A stretch of 64,000 nt of DNA from Magallana gigas (taxonomy: Eukaryota). Below, in pieces: positions 12,401 through 23,505 of this stretch. Both the position numbers and the translations under genes were made by a program. Position 1 is the first letter of the stretch. The number at the start of each line of letters is the position of its first letter. The notes beneath the pieces are model-generated. The model did not search any database, was not told where the DNA came from, and saw only the letters and a program-made list of their open reading frames with translations. Where the stretch lies: assembly GCF_963853765.1 (NCBI RefSeq), contig NC_088861.1, positions 21,356,281-21,420,280 of the forward strand. The letters are read 5' to 3'.

Positions 12401-15400
12401 CTCACCGGAAGTAGATTTTTTTGGTTTATTTTACATTGTATAGATGACATATGAAAGGATCTATACTAATATCTTTATTCTATGGGAGATAAATTAAATA
12501 TGTAAAAACAAAAAAAATTGAAGTGCTTCCGGTGACGACCGGAAGTTACGCCGAACAAAACAAAAATGTTTAAACACATCTCCAACTATAGGTCTATCAT
12601 CCCAGAAAGTTTGGATGTTCAAGTGTTTACCGTTTCTGAGATCTCGTTGGTACAAGCTTTTTCAACGCGGGACAGGAAACGGACGACCGGAAACGATTTT
12701 TGACAAAATGAAAAAAACGCCTCGAGATATTGTCATTTTCTTCCATTCCAGAAAATTTCACATAAATCTATCCAGTCATCTCTGAGAAATCTTGTGGACA
12801 AAAACTGGGAAAAAAATAATAATAACTAGACTCTTGTTGCAAAAGCAACAAAAAGGTCTTCCGTTTTGATATACATGTATCAATTTAACTGTAAGACATT
12901 GCTTCTCTCACATAAAAAAAAGTGGATATGATAATTATTGTGAATGATATATCCAGACGTTACTTACATGTAAAACAACGAGAATGAAAAAAGAAATCAA
13001 TTTCTGAAGTACTTTCTGTGACGACCGGAAGTAACGCCGAACTAAACAAAAATGTTAACCATTTGTACAATCATATGTCAATCTTTCCTCAAAGTTTTGT
13101 TGTTCACGTCTTTGCCAAATCTAAGATCTCTTTGAAACAATATTTTTTGTCTCGGGACCGAAACGGACGAACGAAAGTGATTAATAAAAACAAAAGGTGG
13201 TATTTCTCGTACATTTGCTTAATGTACATCACTGTTTATCAGGCTAGATGAAATTCTAAGAAAGTCAGTTAAACTTGTTAAAAACAGGATTTGTTTGAAC
13301 CCTTCCGGTAAGAACCGGAAGTGACAGTTGACAAAATTAAACCCGTTAAACACATCCCCAATCAAAATTCTATCAATCATGAAAGATTCGTGTCTCAATC
13401 ACTTACAATGACGAAAATCTCGCGGACATCAAATTTGTAAAAAGGAAAGCTGCATAGAGATATTTGAGATATCTCACCGGAAGTAAAATTTATTTGCCAA
13501 TTTAACATTATATAGATGACATATGTGAGATTGTATACTGATATTTTCATTTTATGTAAAATGAATAAAACAAATTTTTGAAGTGCTTCCGGTGACGACC
13601 GGAAGTTACGCCGAACAAAACAAAATAGTGTATACACATGTACATACATAGGTCTATCATCCCACAAAGTTTAATTGTTCAAGTCGTTACCGTTTTTGAG
13701 ATCTCTAGAAATCAAGGTTTTTTGTCTCGGGACAGGAAACGGACAAACGGAAGTGCTCAATGTAAATTGTATTTAATATGTTTTTGTACTTGCCCTTTTT
13801 ACTTAATTTTTCATCGACTTCACTACAAATATCAAAGGAAAACAGTTAAACTGATAAACAGCTTTATTTGTTTGAACTCTTCCTGTGTGGACCGGAAGTA
13901 ACGGAAGACAAAACGAAGTCGGTTAAACACATCCTCAATCAAATGTCTATCATCTATGAAAATTTTGTGCTTTGATCACTTATAGTTTCTGAGATCTCGT
14001 TTGTACAAAATGTGTTTCAAAACAGCTACCTGAGATATTTGAGATATCTCACCGGAAGTAGAATTTTTTCGTTGAGTTAACATCACATAGAGAACCTATG
14101 CATAGATTTATACTTATGTATTTATTTTATGGAAAAGGAATTTTAAGCGAAAAAGTAGTTATTTTTGAAGTGCATCCGGTGACGACCGGAAGTTACGACG
14201 AACAAAACAAAATAGTGTGAACACATCTACAACTATAGGTCTATCATCCCACAAAGTTTGGATGTTCAAGTCTTTACCGTTTCTGAGATCTCGTTGATAC
14301 AAGTTTTTTCAACGCGGGACAGGAAACGGACAAAACGAAAGTGCTCAATCTCAGTTGTATTCAATATTTCTTGTATACTTACCCTTTGTACTTCATTTCT
14401 CATCCAGCAAACTACGAATATCAATGGAAAAGATTTAAACTGATAAACAGTTCGATTTGTTTGAACTCTTTCTGTGTGGACCGGAAGTGACGGAAGACAA
14501 AACGAAACCGGTTAAACACATCTTCAATCAAATGTCTATCATCCCTGAAAGTTTTGTGCTTTGATCACTTATAGTTTCTGAGATCTCGTTTGTACAAAAT
14601 GTGTTTCAAAACAGCTACCTGAGATATTTGAGATATCTCACCGGAAGTAGAATTTTTTGGTTGAGTTAACATTGCATAGATAACCTATGCATAGATTTAT
14701 TCTTATATATTTTTTTTTATGGAAAAGGAATTTTATGCGAAAAAGTAGTTATTTTTGAAGTGCTTCCGGTGCCGACCGGAAGTTACGACGAACAAAACAA
14801 AATAGTTTAAACACATCTACAGCTATGGGTCTATCATCCCACAAAGTTTTGATGTTCAAGTCTTTACCGTTTCTGAGATCTCGTTGATACAAGCTTTTTT
14901 AATGCGGGACAGGAAACGGACGACCGGAAATGATTTTTGACAAAATGAAAAAATCATCTCGAGATATTGTCATTCTCTTTCATTTTAGAAAATTTCACAT
15001 TAATCTATCCAGCCATCTCTAAGAAATCTCCTGGACAAAATCTTGGAAAAAAAAAAAATAATAATAACTAGAGCAAAGCTCGTTGCAAAGCAACGAGTGG
15101 GTCTTCCGTTAATGTCGGAAGTAAAGCTGGAAGTTCCTGTTAGAAGCAGAGCTCTTAAACCAATAACAAGAGTAACTAAAATAAAAAGACGAAAAAAATC
15201 GAATTATTCCTGGTACGACTTAACAAAATCCGAATGATTTTAAGTACGACTTAACAAAAACCTTTCTGATTTCAAGAACGACTTAACAAAAAAATCCGAA
15301 TGTGTCCAAGTACGACTTAACAATTATTTTTGGTACGAGTTAATATTACTTTGAACATTACGCTATTTTTTAAACCAAGGACGCGGAATAAAAATTTCCG

Positions 15401-15770
15401 GAAAAATCAATTTTTAAACCCCGATATCTCTGTAATGCATCGTCCGATTTTAAAACAGCTTTCAGTGTTAGATTCAGCTAAATAAGCTCTACAAAACACA
15501 TATACATTTTTGATTGAATCAGAAAATTCATTTTTTCGAAAAATTTGTTTTACTTCCGGTTTCGACCGGAAGTGATAGATTTTCATTTCGAGCCTTATTA
15601 CAGAGGTAAATCGATCAAATCATAACCATTCAAAATTTCAAGCCTCTATCTTAAAGCGTTTTTGAGAAAAGTCCGATTTGAGGGACGCACACTTGCAAAA
15701 ATCTCTGAAAATTTCATCAAAATCGGTTAAAAACCTTTTGAGTTATGAGGCAAAAAAGGAGTCAGAAGAA
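8900..15770. repeat. Complex hairpin-rich tandem repeat array of ~300-bp related subunits, organised as ~600-bp higher-order repeats from about 12520 to 15060. It carries recurrent palindromes cttccggtgacgaccggaagt and ctcgttgcgagcaacgag...ggtcttccg
   Basis: More than 20 occurrences of the core ccggaagt or acttccgg, for example at 9140, 9300, 11350, 11655, 11950, 12530, 13020, 13310, 13590, 13885, 14180, 14470, 14770 and 15555. Higher-order units starting at about 13560, 14160 and 14760 are about 90% identical. Confidence 0.75.
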
Positions 15771-15779
15771 AAGAAAAAG

Positions 15780-15869
15780 AATAATAATAATAATAAAAAG
15801 AAACAATAGAATAACAAGAGTGTCTTCCGTTGGAAACGGAAGACCCTAATAAAAAACATTACAATCACT

Positions 15870-15907
<38 letters not shown>

Positions 15908-15922
15908 AACATTACAATCTCT

Positions 15923-15974
<52 letters not shown>

Positions 15975-16100
15975 GTACGAAAACAATAAGGTCTTCCGTT
16001 GGAAAACGGAAGACCTTAATAATAAAGAAGAAAAGTGAAAAAGAAACAATAGAATAATAGTAGGGTCTTCCGCTGAAGACGAAAGACCCTAAAAACATAT
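15780..16100. repeat. Minisatellite of ~57-60 bp x 5, each unit holding a perfect 13-bp-stem hairpin aaggtcttccgtt-ggaa-aacggaagacctt
   Basis: Units lie at about 15810, 15870, 15930, 15985 and a diverged unit at 16055. The spacers between units are identical, so this is not a CRISPR array. Confidence 0.8.
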
Positions 16101-17460
16101 GTTAAAATCGTACTTGAGCAGACCTGTGCTCTATAATTCCGAATGCAAAATATAAAGCAAAAATGAGAATATTTTTGATTGTTTGCACATTTGCGAGAAT
16201 TAGGTCATTTGGATGACGTCATAGATAAACAGCGAATGCGCAATGATGACTAAAATCAAGATTAAAGTGAAAGGCGTCCACTGTACATTGATTTATGAAG
16301 ATTTGATTTATATACAGTAATATTTAAAAATTGGTTAAAATTGGGGGTAGATATTTGACCAAACCGCACATAGTCCTTTACATATTAATCTTTATTTTTA
16401 TTCGGCACAGTCTCCAATTAAACTGTAAGCGATAAACTAAAATAATATTTAGTGAATTTTTACACTTTATCGTATTCAGCCGTCATTTCTTGATTAAACA
16501 AACTTATATACTTATGCAATGAGTTGTCAATAATCAGGGAGACACATTTGGGTATTTTGGTGCACAATTTAGTTGAATAAATGGAACAAAAATTTTGTAA
16601 ACATTTCTCTTTTGTATTTCTATGATAAACTTTTAACCCCGCCAGGGGCCCCAGTTTTGGACCGAGGGTCGAGATTTTTACAATTTTGAATCTTCACTAT
16701 ATACAACCTTTTGTGTGGATTTTTCTGGTGCTGTGGTTCTTGAGAAGAAGATTTTTAAACATTTTACCTATGAATTTCTTTGTTAAACTTTGAACCCCGC
16801 CTTGTAAGCCTTGTTGTTTACTGAATAATCCATTAACAAGCTAATTAAAACGGTCGCTTTCCTTACGCAAACCGATGAGCTACCAGTATATGTAACAGTA
16901 CATCTATGACTGTTTGCGTCTCTGAAAATAATTATCGGTAATACTTTCACATTAAGGAAATTGTGAAAATGGTTTCATTGTCCGAATTTTTCATTACAAA
17001 GATCAACATTTTAGAGGCTTTTCCCCTCTTACCTCACAAGTTTAAACAATCGTGAATTATATATATTTTCAATGTGACTTGAAATAGTGCAAATTTGATT
17101 TGTATAAATTTCATATAGTTACCATTCTAGGCTGCGATTCGCGGAAAAAACATGACGCAGAAAAAACCTGATATACGTAATATACATGTACATGTATATA
17201 GCTATCTTTCAGTGGTATAAAAATGCAATGTGATTTAAAGCACAAATGCATGCATATTCTAAACCAAAGTTCATTATCCAAGGAGGCTGTCCGATGAGTG
17301 TTAAGGTGCCTCACTACACCTTGAAATAGTTGAAATAGAAAATTACTTGATTATGATAGAAAGCATGATGGATAAGAAGTATATATGTTTAATAAGCGAA
17401 AAAATGTGCAATTATAGATAAATTATATTTTCAAAAATTTCATTCAGTAAACATGAACAA

Positions 17461-17537
17461 ATTGCCCCAGGAGGATTCGAACTCATGACCTGTGGTTCAC
17501 AATCCAGATACTTTAACCACTAAGCTATGACGATATA
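17461..17537 (-). other. tRNA-like sequence, probably a tRNA-derived SINE head or pseudo-tRNA: minus strand gtcatagcttagtggttaaagtatctggattgtgaaccacaggtcatgagttcgaatcctcctggggc
   Basis: It has a D-loop-like AGTGGTTAAAG and a T-loop-like GGTTCGAATCC, but the acceptor and anticodon stems do not pair properly. Confidence 0.3.
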
Positions 17538-18235
17538 CATCTGAATAGATTGATACAAACAGTTTAACAAACATTTAAATCGCCATCTTGTGACTTATTG
17601 TCTCAAAAAGTATAAGTCTCGGTGTAGTGAAGTACCTCAAACTTCGTCTTACTTTTTCTGCCATTGCGACAATTATATAGTCAAACCGCCTTCTTAGTTA
17701 CCCAGTACTGGAAAGTTCTTTGTATCAAAACTAAAATCGCACATTCCAAAAACGAATTGGTGCATTTTATTTATTCAACATTTGTCAAATCTTAATTTTT
17801 GTCATACTATAATTTAGTTACCGGTATATATATTCACTCTTACATAATAATGCAATTATATCATTTCAATGCAAGAGTATATTTTGATACAAACTACCAC
17901 TGACTTGGATCCGCCAAAGCATGTCCACCACCTTAATCTCATTTTTGCTAATTCGGGTTGGTTTATCAAAATGAATGTAGGTTTTTAATTAATTTTACAA
18001 TAACTACTTATTAGGTAAAATTCAATTAAAGCTTACGGACATAATATGTCCTGTGATGAAATACCAAAGGTGGTCTGTTAGATTTTGCGGTTGCTGGATT
18101 GAATCCGCCAAGTAGTAAATATTTTTTTACTTAATTGAAACATGAAAAGAATAGTATAAACAGATCTTTTCAATAACACTATACATATACTCTATTTACA
18201 CTTCTACTACAGTATTGCCGAGATCAAAGAGATGC

Positions 18236-19100
18236 CACGGACATTATTCTCTATTATACCACGAACGTCATCAGTAAATTATCAGATCAGAAATACCTTT
18301 TTGTCTCCCATTGATCATGAAAGTACAACTTCAAACCATAAAAAGTTTTAAAACCATGTCAATTTCACGTGTTTGTTCCAGTCAAAACGATGTGTATTGC
18401 CTCAAATGTTCATTTTTAAGAGATCAATGCGGCTGTTTCTATGACCTCCCTAGCACTTTTTCACTGCGTGTTTTTAAAATAAAATATATAACGTGTAGTA
18501 GTAATAATCGTAAATTGCCCTTAAAATATTAGGAATATAACTCAAAGGTATTTTATAAATAAGTGAAGAGTATTAAAATCCCAAGAAAAAATTCTGTCGT
18601 CTGCACGTGATTCCTTTGATCGATACACATCACCTCGGCTTTTATATTTCAAAACAACATTCTCAACCTCAGAGCTTATTCTGCAACATTCACGATAACT
18701 CATACTTTATTTCTTAAATATACCACAAATGTCATCAGTAAATTATCAGATCAGAAATACCTACTTTTCTTGCACTGATCATGAAAGTACAACTTCAAAT
18801 TGAAAAAGTTTTAAAACTTTGTCATTTTCAAGTCCTAGTTCCAGTCAAAACGATGTGTATTGCCTCAAATGTTTATTGTTAAAAGATCAATGCGGCTGTT
18901 CCTAGGACCTCCTCCCTAGCACTTTTTCACTGCGTGTTTTTAAATAAAATATGTAACGTGTAGTAGTAATAATCGTATTAAATTGCCCTTAAAATATTAG
19001 GAATATGATTCAAAGATATTTTATAAATAAGTGAAGAGTATTAAAAATCCAAAGAAAATTTCTGTCATCTGCATGTGACTCCTTTGATCAATAGACGACT
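18236..19100 (+). repeat. ~480-bp tandem duplication (copy 1 about 18236-18716, copy 2 about 18716-19100) directly upstream of the SWIM/YqaJ ORF
   Basis: Both copies contain tcatcagtaaattatcagatcagaaatacc...ccagtcaaaacgatgtgtattgcctcaaatg...cactttttcactgcgtgtttttaaa...gtagtagtaataatcgta. Confidence 0.8.
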
Positions 19101-19280
19101 TTTTTCAGTTATTTCCCTGAGTAAAATTTCATCCCGATAGGTGTCGCGGAAAACAGCCGCCATTGTAACCGTGACGCTGGATAAACAAACGCGGTAGCAA
19201 CCATTCCCCGGTAACATAAAATTCTTGCTAGCAAAGTTTTGTTATATGAAACTGTATTATATTTTTCGTTTATGTAAATC

Positions 19281-20735
19281 ATGGATAAGAGTCAATGCAA
19301 AAAAGATACTGATCGAATGATTTCTTCCCAAAAAGACGTCAAAACCGGTGAATGGAAGGATGACATTCGTGAGTGGCCACAAGTAGAATATGGCGATATC
19401 TACAATTATTTGATTTTAAGTAGAGCATGTGACGGCGAAAAAATGAAAAATTACAAATCATTGGACAGTTACAATTATTTTAAAAGCGGTTCTGTCGGGA
19501 AAATTCTTCATTTTGTTATTCACAATACAGTTATTCTGAAATCTGAAGTGCGCCCGTCACAAAAAATAAATTCAGAGTTTCACAATGCATGGGTATTCTG
19601 TGATATGATCGGCACAATTCTAAACGGGGGATGTTCATGTATGGCTGGGAACAGTAAAACGTGCAGTCATGTAGGCGCACTTTTGTGGAAAATTGAGCAT
19701 GCTGTAAGGTTAGGTTTTACGGGAAAATCTTGTACAGATGAGCAGATGCAGTGGAATAGGGGTGCGACAAGAAACCTTGAACCAGGTGTTCTTGAAGAGA
19801 TGGACTTTAAAAAACCTAAATATGGCAGTGAGGTTAACAACAATACTGAAAAACCACAAAATACAAAATCTATCTTCCCAATGTTTGTATCACATCAATC
19901 TTTTAAATATTTTGTGGAAAACTCAGAACTTAAAGAATTATTTCTTTTAGAAAATTCACTTTTAAGTAAATCTATGCACGCAAATATAAACAAATCTCTT
20001 TTCGAATCTTCATCCGAGCCTCGTACTGAGCATACAGGTGAACTATCTTGTGAAAAGTGTTGTGCGTTTTATAACAGGTACATGTACATTAAACTTAATG
20101 ATGCCCAAATTCAATCGTTATCGATGGCAACAATTTCACAAAGTGAATCTGAATTGTGGCACAACAGTAGAAAAATAAGAATAACTGGCAGTAGTGCTCA
20201 CAAGGTTCCCGTTCGTGACACTACAAATAGTGATAACTTCTTAAGAGAACATATGTACCCTTCCTTCACATCAAACAAATTTACTAGACATGGACAAGAA
20301 GGTGAAGAGCCCTGGCTAAGTGTTTCCCCAGATGGAATAGTAACCAATGCTGATGGTTCAAAATGTCTTTTGGAAATTAAATGTCCAATACTTAAGAATG
20401 ATCAAACACTTGACAGCTTATTTACAATTGGTAAATATGATGTTGTGAAATCCTTGCAAAATGGTACATTATATGTTAAGCATAACAGTTCAAGGGGCTA
20501 TTACCTTCAAATGCAGTTAACTTTGCATGTAACACATATGCAGCTGTGCAAACTTGTTATTTGGACAACTAATGAATACAAGGTCATTGATGTACAATAT
20601 GACCAACAGTTTTGTGAAGCAGCTATTTCAAGACTATGTTGTTTTTACTTCAACAAACTTTTACCAAGAGTAGTTGATGACTTTGAATGTGGCAGATTTA
20701 AAATTAGTAAAAAATATGTTAAATTTTCTAACTGA
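19281..20735 (+). CDS. Intronless 484-aa ORF with a SWIM-type zinc finger (GGCSCMAGNSKTCSHVGALLWKIEH, CxCx(n)CxH) and a C-terminal YqaJ-like viral-recombinase / PD-(D/E)XK exonuclease domain (RITGSSAHKV ... VSPDGIV ... LLEIKCP)
   Basis: The full-length ORF is given in the supplied track. Domain calls rest on recalled family motifs. The ORF lies antisense inside an MVP intron and has no predicted introns, so it is probably transposon-derived or domesticated. Confidence 0.6.
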   Translation: MDKSQCKKDTDRMISSQKDVKTGEWKDDIREWPQVEYGDIYNYLILSRACDGEKMKNYKSLDSYNYFKSGSVGKILHFVIHNTVILKSEVRPSQKINSEFHNAWVFCDMIGTILNGGCSCMAGNSKTCSHVGALLWKIEHAVRLGFTGKSCTDEQMQWNRGATRNLEPGVLEEMDFKKPKYGSEVNNNTEKPQNTKSIFPMFVSHQSFKYFVENSELKELFLLENSLLSKSMHANINKSLFESSSEPRTEHTGELSCEKCCAFYNRYMYIKLNDAQIQSLSMATISQSESELWHNSRKIRITGSSAHKVPVRDTTNSDNFLREHMYPSFTSNKFTRHGQEGEEPWLSVSPDGIVTNADGSKCLLEIKCPILKNDQTLDSLFTIGKYDVVKSLQNGTLYVKHNSSRGYYLQMQLTLHVTHMQLCKLVIWTTNEYKVIDVQYDQQFCEAAISRLCCFYFNKLLPRVVDDFECGRFKISKKYVKFSN

Positions 20736-21399
20736 TGCATACACGAGTATACACATGTACATGTAGTTAAATGAAGTTTTTGATGTCTCAGACTTAATGC
20801 TGAAATTATACAGTCAACTATTTTTCAATCTGTGTTAATTATTTATTCCTGAACATGAAGAGTATTCAAAATAAGTTCATTATCACAACATCCTCTTATA
20901 TTCAATTAAACCCAATTACATGTTTAAAAAAATATTTTTGATGAAGAATTTAATTCACATCATATTAATAAAGACTTATAACAATAGTCTTAATTCAATA
21001 TATGGCATTGACTTTGCCTAAAATACATTATTTAGCATTTGTCATATTATGAGCAGATATACTCAAGGAATCATGAACTGGACCTTAATTAGACTGGTAT
21101 ATAAAACCTAATACAAATCTATTATTCATGTTTCAACTTTGTGTCATTTACATCAGTGAAACCTTCAAATATTATCATGCATCATTTACTGTTACATCAC
21201 TGAAACTTTCAAATATCATCTGTCACTCATCATCATCATCTTTAATAAGATCAGATCGCAGATTTACCAATGCAGCACAAACAATCAAGTAGTCACTGAG
21301 TTTCTTTGCAGAGGTAACTGGAACTACCTGACTTAGTATGCGGAACACCTTTATCATAAAGGATATAAGGATTTGCGAATTACTGTGATTTATTTATTA

Positions 21400-22200
21400 T
21401 CTATTAAACATGTGACCTGTTCCAAAAACTTCACCATATCCAGCATCTGAAACCTATGGCTCAGACTCAGCATTCAAGCCTGGCAGGTGCATCAGTATCA
21501 TAAGACGCACCGTACTATTTCAAACTTGCATAGTTAATTAAACTGTAATATGAATGAATCACAGAGGAAGCTTCAGATGCAGAGCTTGATCTCCATTATC
21601 AAGGATGCTAAAAAATATATCTTAGTTATTACAGGTCCTAACTTCACCTCACTTGAAAGGATGGTGTGTCTTATGATACAAATGCACTTGACAGGCATGG
21701 ATGTTGAATCTGATGCTGGAGCAGGTTAAGGTTTTAATTGCTAGTGCCCTCTGATGATGATATCTTAGTTATTACTGGTCTGAACTTCACCAAACTTGCA
21801 TGGAGATGCGTCTTATGTATACTGATGCACCTGACAGGCTTAAATGCTGAATCTGAGCCATAGGTTTCGGATGCTGGATGAAGTTTAGTTTTTTTTGGAA
21901 CAGGTCACATGTTTTATGGAAGTCTGGTGAAGTTAGGACAAGTAATAACTAAGATATAATCATCAGAGGGCACCTGTTTCAAAAACGTTAACCAGCTCTA
22001 AAAACCTTAACCTCCTCCAGCATCCAAAACCTATGCTCAGATTCAGCATTCAAGCCTGTCTGGTGCACAAGTATCATTAGACGCACCATCCATAGAAGTC
22101 CGGTGAAGTTAGGACAAGTAGTAACTAAGATATAATCATCAAAGGGCACCTGTTTCAAAAACTTTAACCAGCTCTAAAAACCTAAAATAAGGTATCTAAC
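21400..22200. repeat. ~140-150-bp satellite units in a mixed inverted and tandem arrangement. Arms 21401-21515 and 21800-21912 are reverse complements. Tandem units run 21912-22200, and reverse-oriented units 21590-21800
   Basis: Unit: catccaaaacctatgctcagattcagcattcaagcctg.c.ggtgca..agtatcat.agacgcaccatc....aagt..ggtgaagttaggacaagta.taactaagatataatcatca.agggcacctgtttcaaaaac.ttaaccagctctaaaaacc. Confidence 0.7.
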
Positions 22201-23404
22201 AGTATTTTTAATATATATTTGCATTTCACATGAAAAAATGTCGTTTACACAAAATCTCCCCCTTAGCCAAGTTGGTAAGGGGGAGATTCTCCCACATAGC
22301 AGCTTTGAATGGTTAACAGGTATGCTAACGCCTCAGTTTTTATATTTCAAAACAATATTTCTCGACCTCAAAGGTTATTCTGCAACATTCACAAAAACTT
22401 GTACTTAATTTCTTAATAAGATCCATTGCATTTTGCTTGAACTTATCACAGTTCAGAGAATCAACTGACATCATGAATTTATGACAAATCAGTTGTTACA
22501 TACACCATTATAAAATCGGTATTTACGTTTAGAAAATACTTTTGGGAGAGCTTGGTACCTAAAGTTATTTTTAGTAACAGATACTTAGCGTCAAAACACA
22601 GGTGTAGGCGAAATAATGGGAATAGGCGCTATACCTCTTTTACACCTAATTTGTCTACATTACAATGATTCATAATTTTCGGAAGTGTAGAAGAAGAATA
22701 AATTATTTTTTCTTTTAAATTGTCAAATTTTGGCTATTTTGGTCCAGCCTAAAGGGTCCCAATGTAGCAAGAGCAATGAAACTTACAGTTTATGTTCATC
22801 TTACCCTCTAACTACATTTGAAAAGAGTTTTCCTTGAATTTAAAAAAACAATTAAATTATGTGACAGAATTCTATGCAGCAATTTTCTGATGACCCTACA
22901 TTTTGCATCAATTCAATTCCTACAGTATGCTAGGAAATGATTGTGAAATGGGAAATCAATTTAATATGGTCTGCTATATATGCACAGAGAAGTGACTCCC
23001 ATAGATGAAGTAAAAGAAGAATTAAAAAAAAAAAGAGTTACACAGTTTTCTAAAACAACCAGGTAATAAAAGATTACAGAGCCCACCCCACATTGTGAGA
23101 ACTATTTGAGACCATTATTATTATATTTATCCAAATCAAAGTGGACTATATATACATGTGTATCATAATATGATGAATGTGAAGAAAAATGTAATGTCTT
23201 GTTATTTTAGTAATACAATAAACAGTTTTATTATTCTATTGGTATCATATAAAGATGTTCTATTTTCTTTACAACTTTGATAATCAAGATCAGGCTCAGA
23301 ATCTGAAGCTTGCTTTATGTATCATATCCACTGTTATATGAAATAAATGCAATTTGTATAGTCAGAAATAGTTGGAATTTACTGATCGTTTGATTTTGAC
23401 ATAC

Positions 23405-23505
23405 TTAGTGGATATCTCTATTGCCAGTTGCACAGATTTACTGAGGCTGTCTCTCATCTTGGCATCCACTGGTTCTATACTCTGAATGTCCATGCTGCTT
23501 AAAAT
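23405..23505 (-). CDS. MVP: MVP exon encoding [34 protein letters not shown]
   Basis: Acceptor tcttattctcag|ATTTTAAGC in phase 0. It aligns with human [38 protein letters not shown]. The 3' boundary is uncertain: the only canonical GT donor (ACTAA|gtatgt) leaves a phase that does not fit the acceptor of the exon at 7857. Confidence 0.55.

Noticed and set aside
15780-16100. The layout of repeats with spacers looks like a CRISPR array
   Set aside because: The spacers are identical between units, the context is eukaryotic with spliced genes and retrotransposons, and there are no cas genes. It is a minisatellite.
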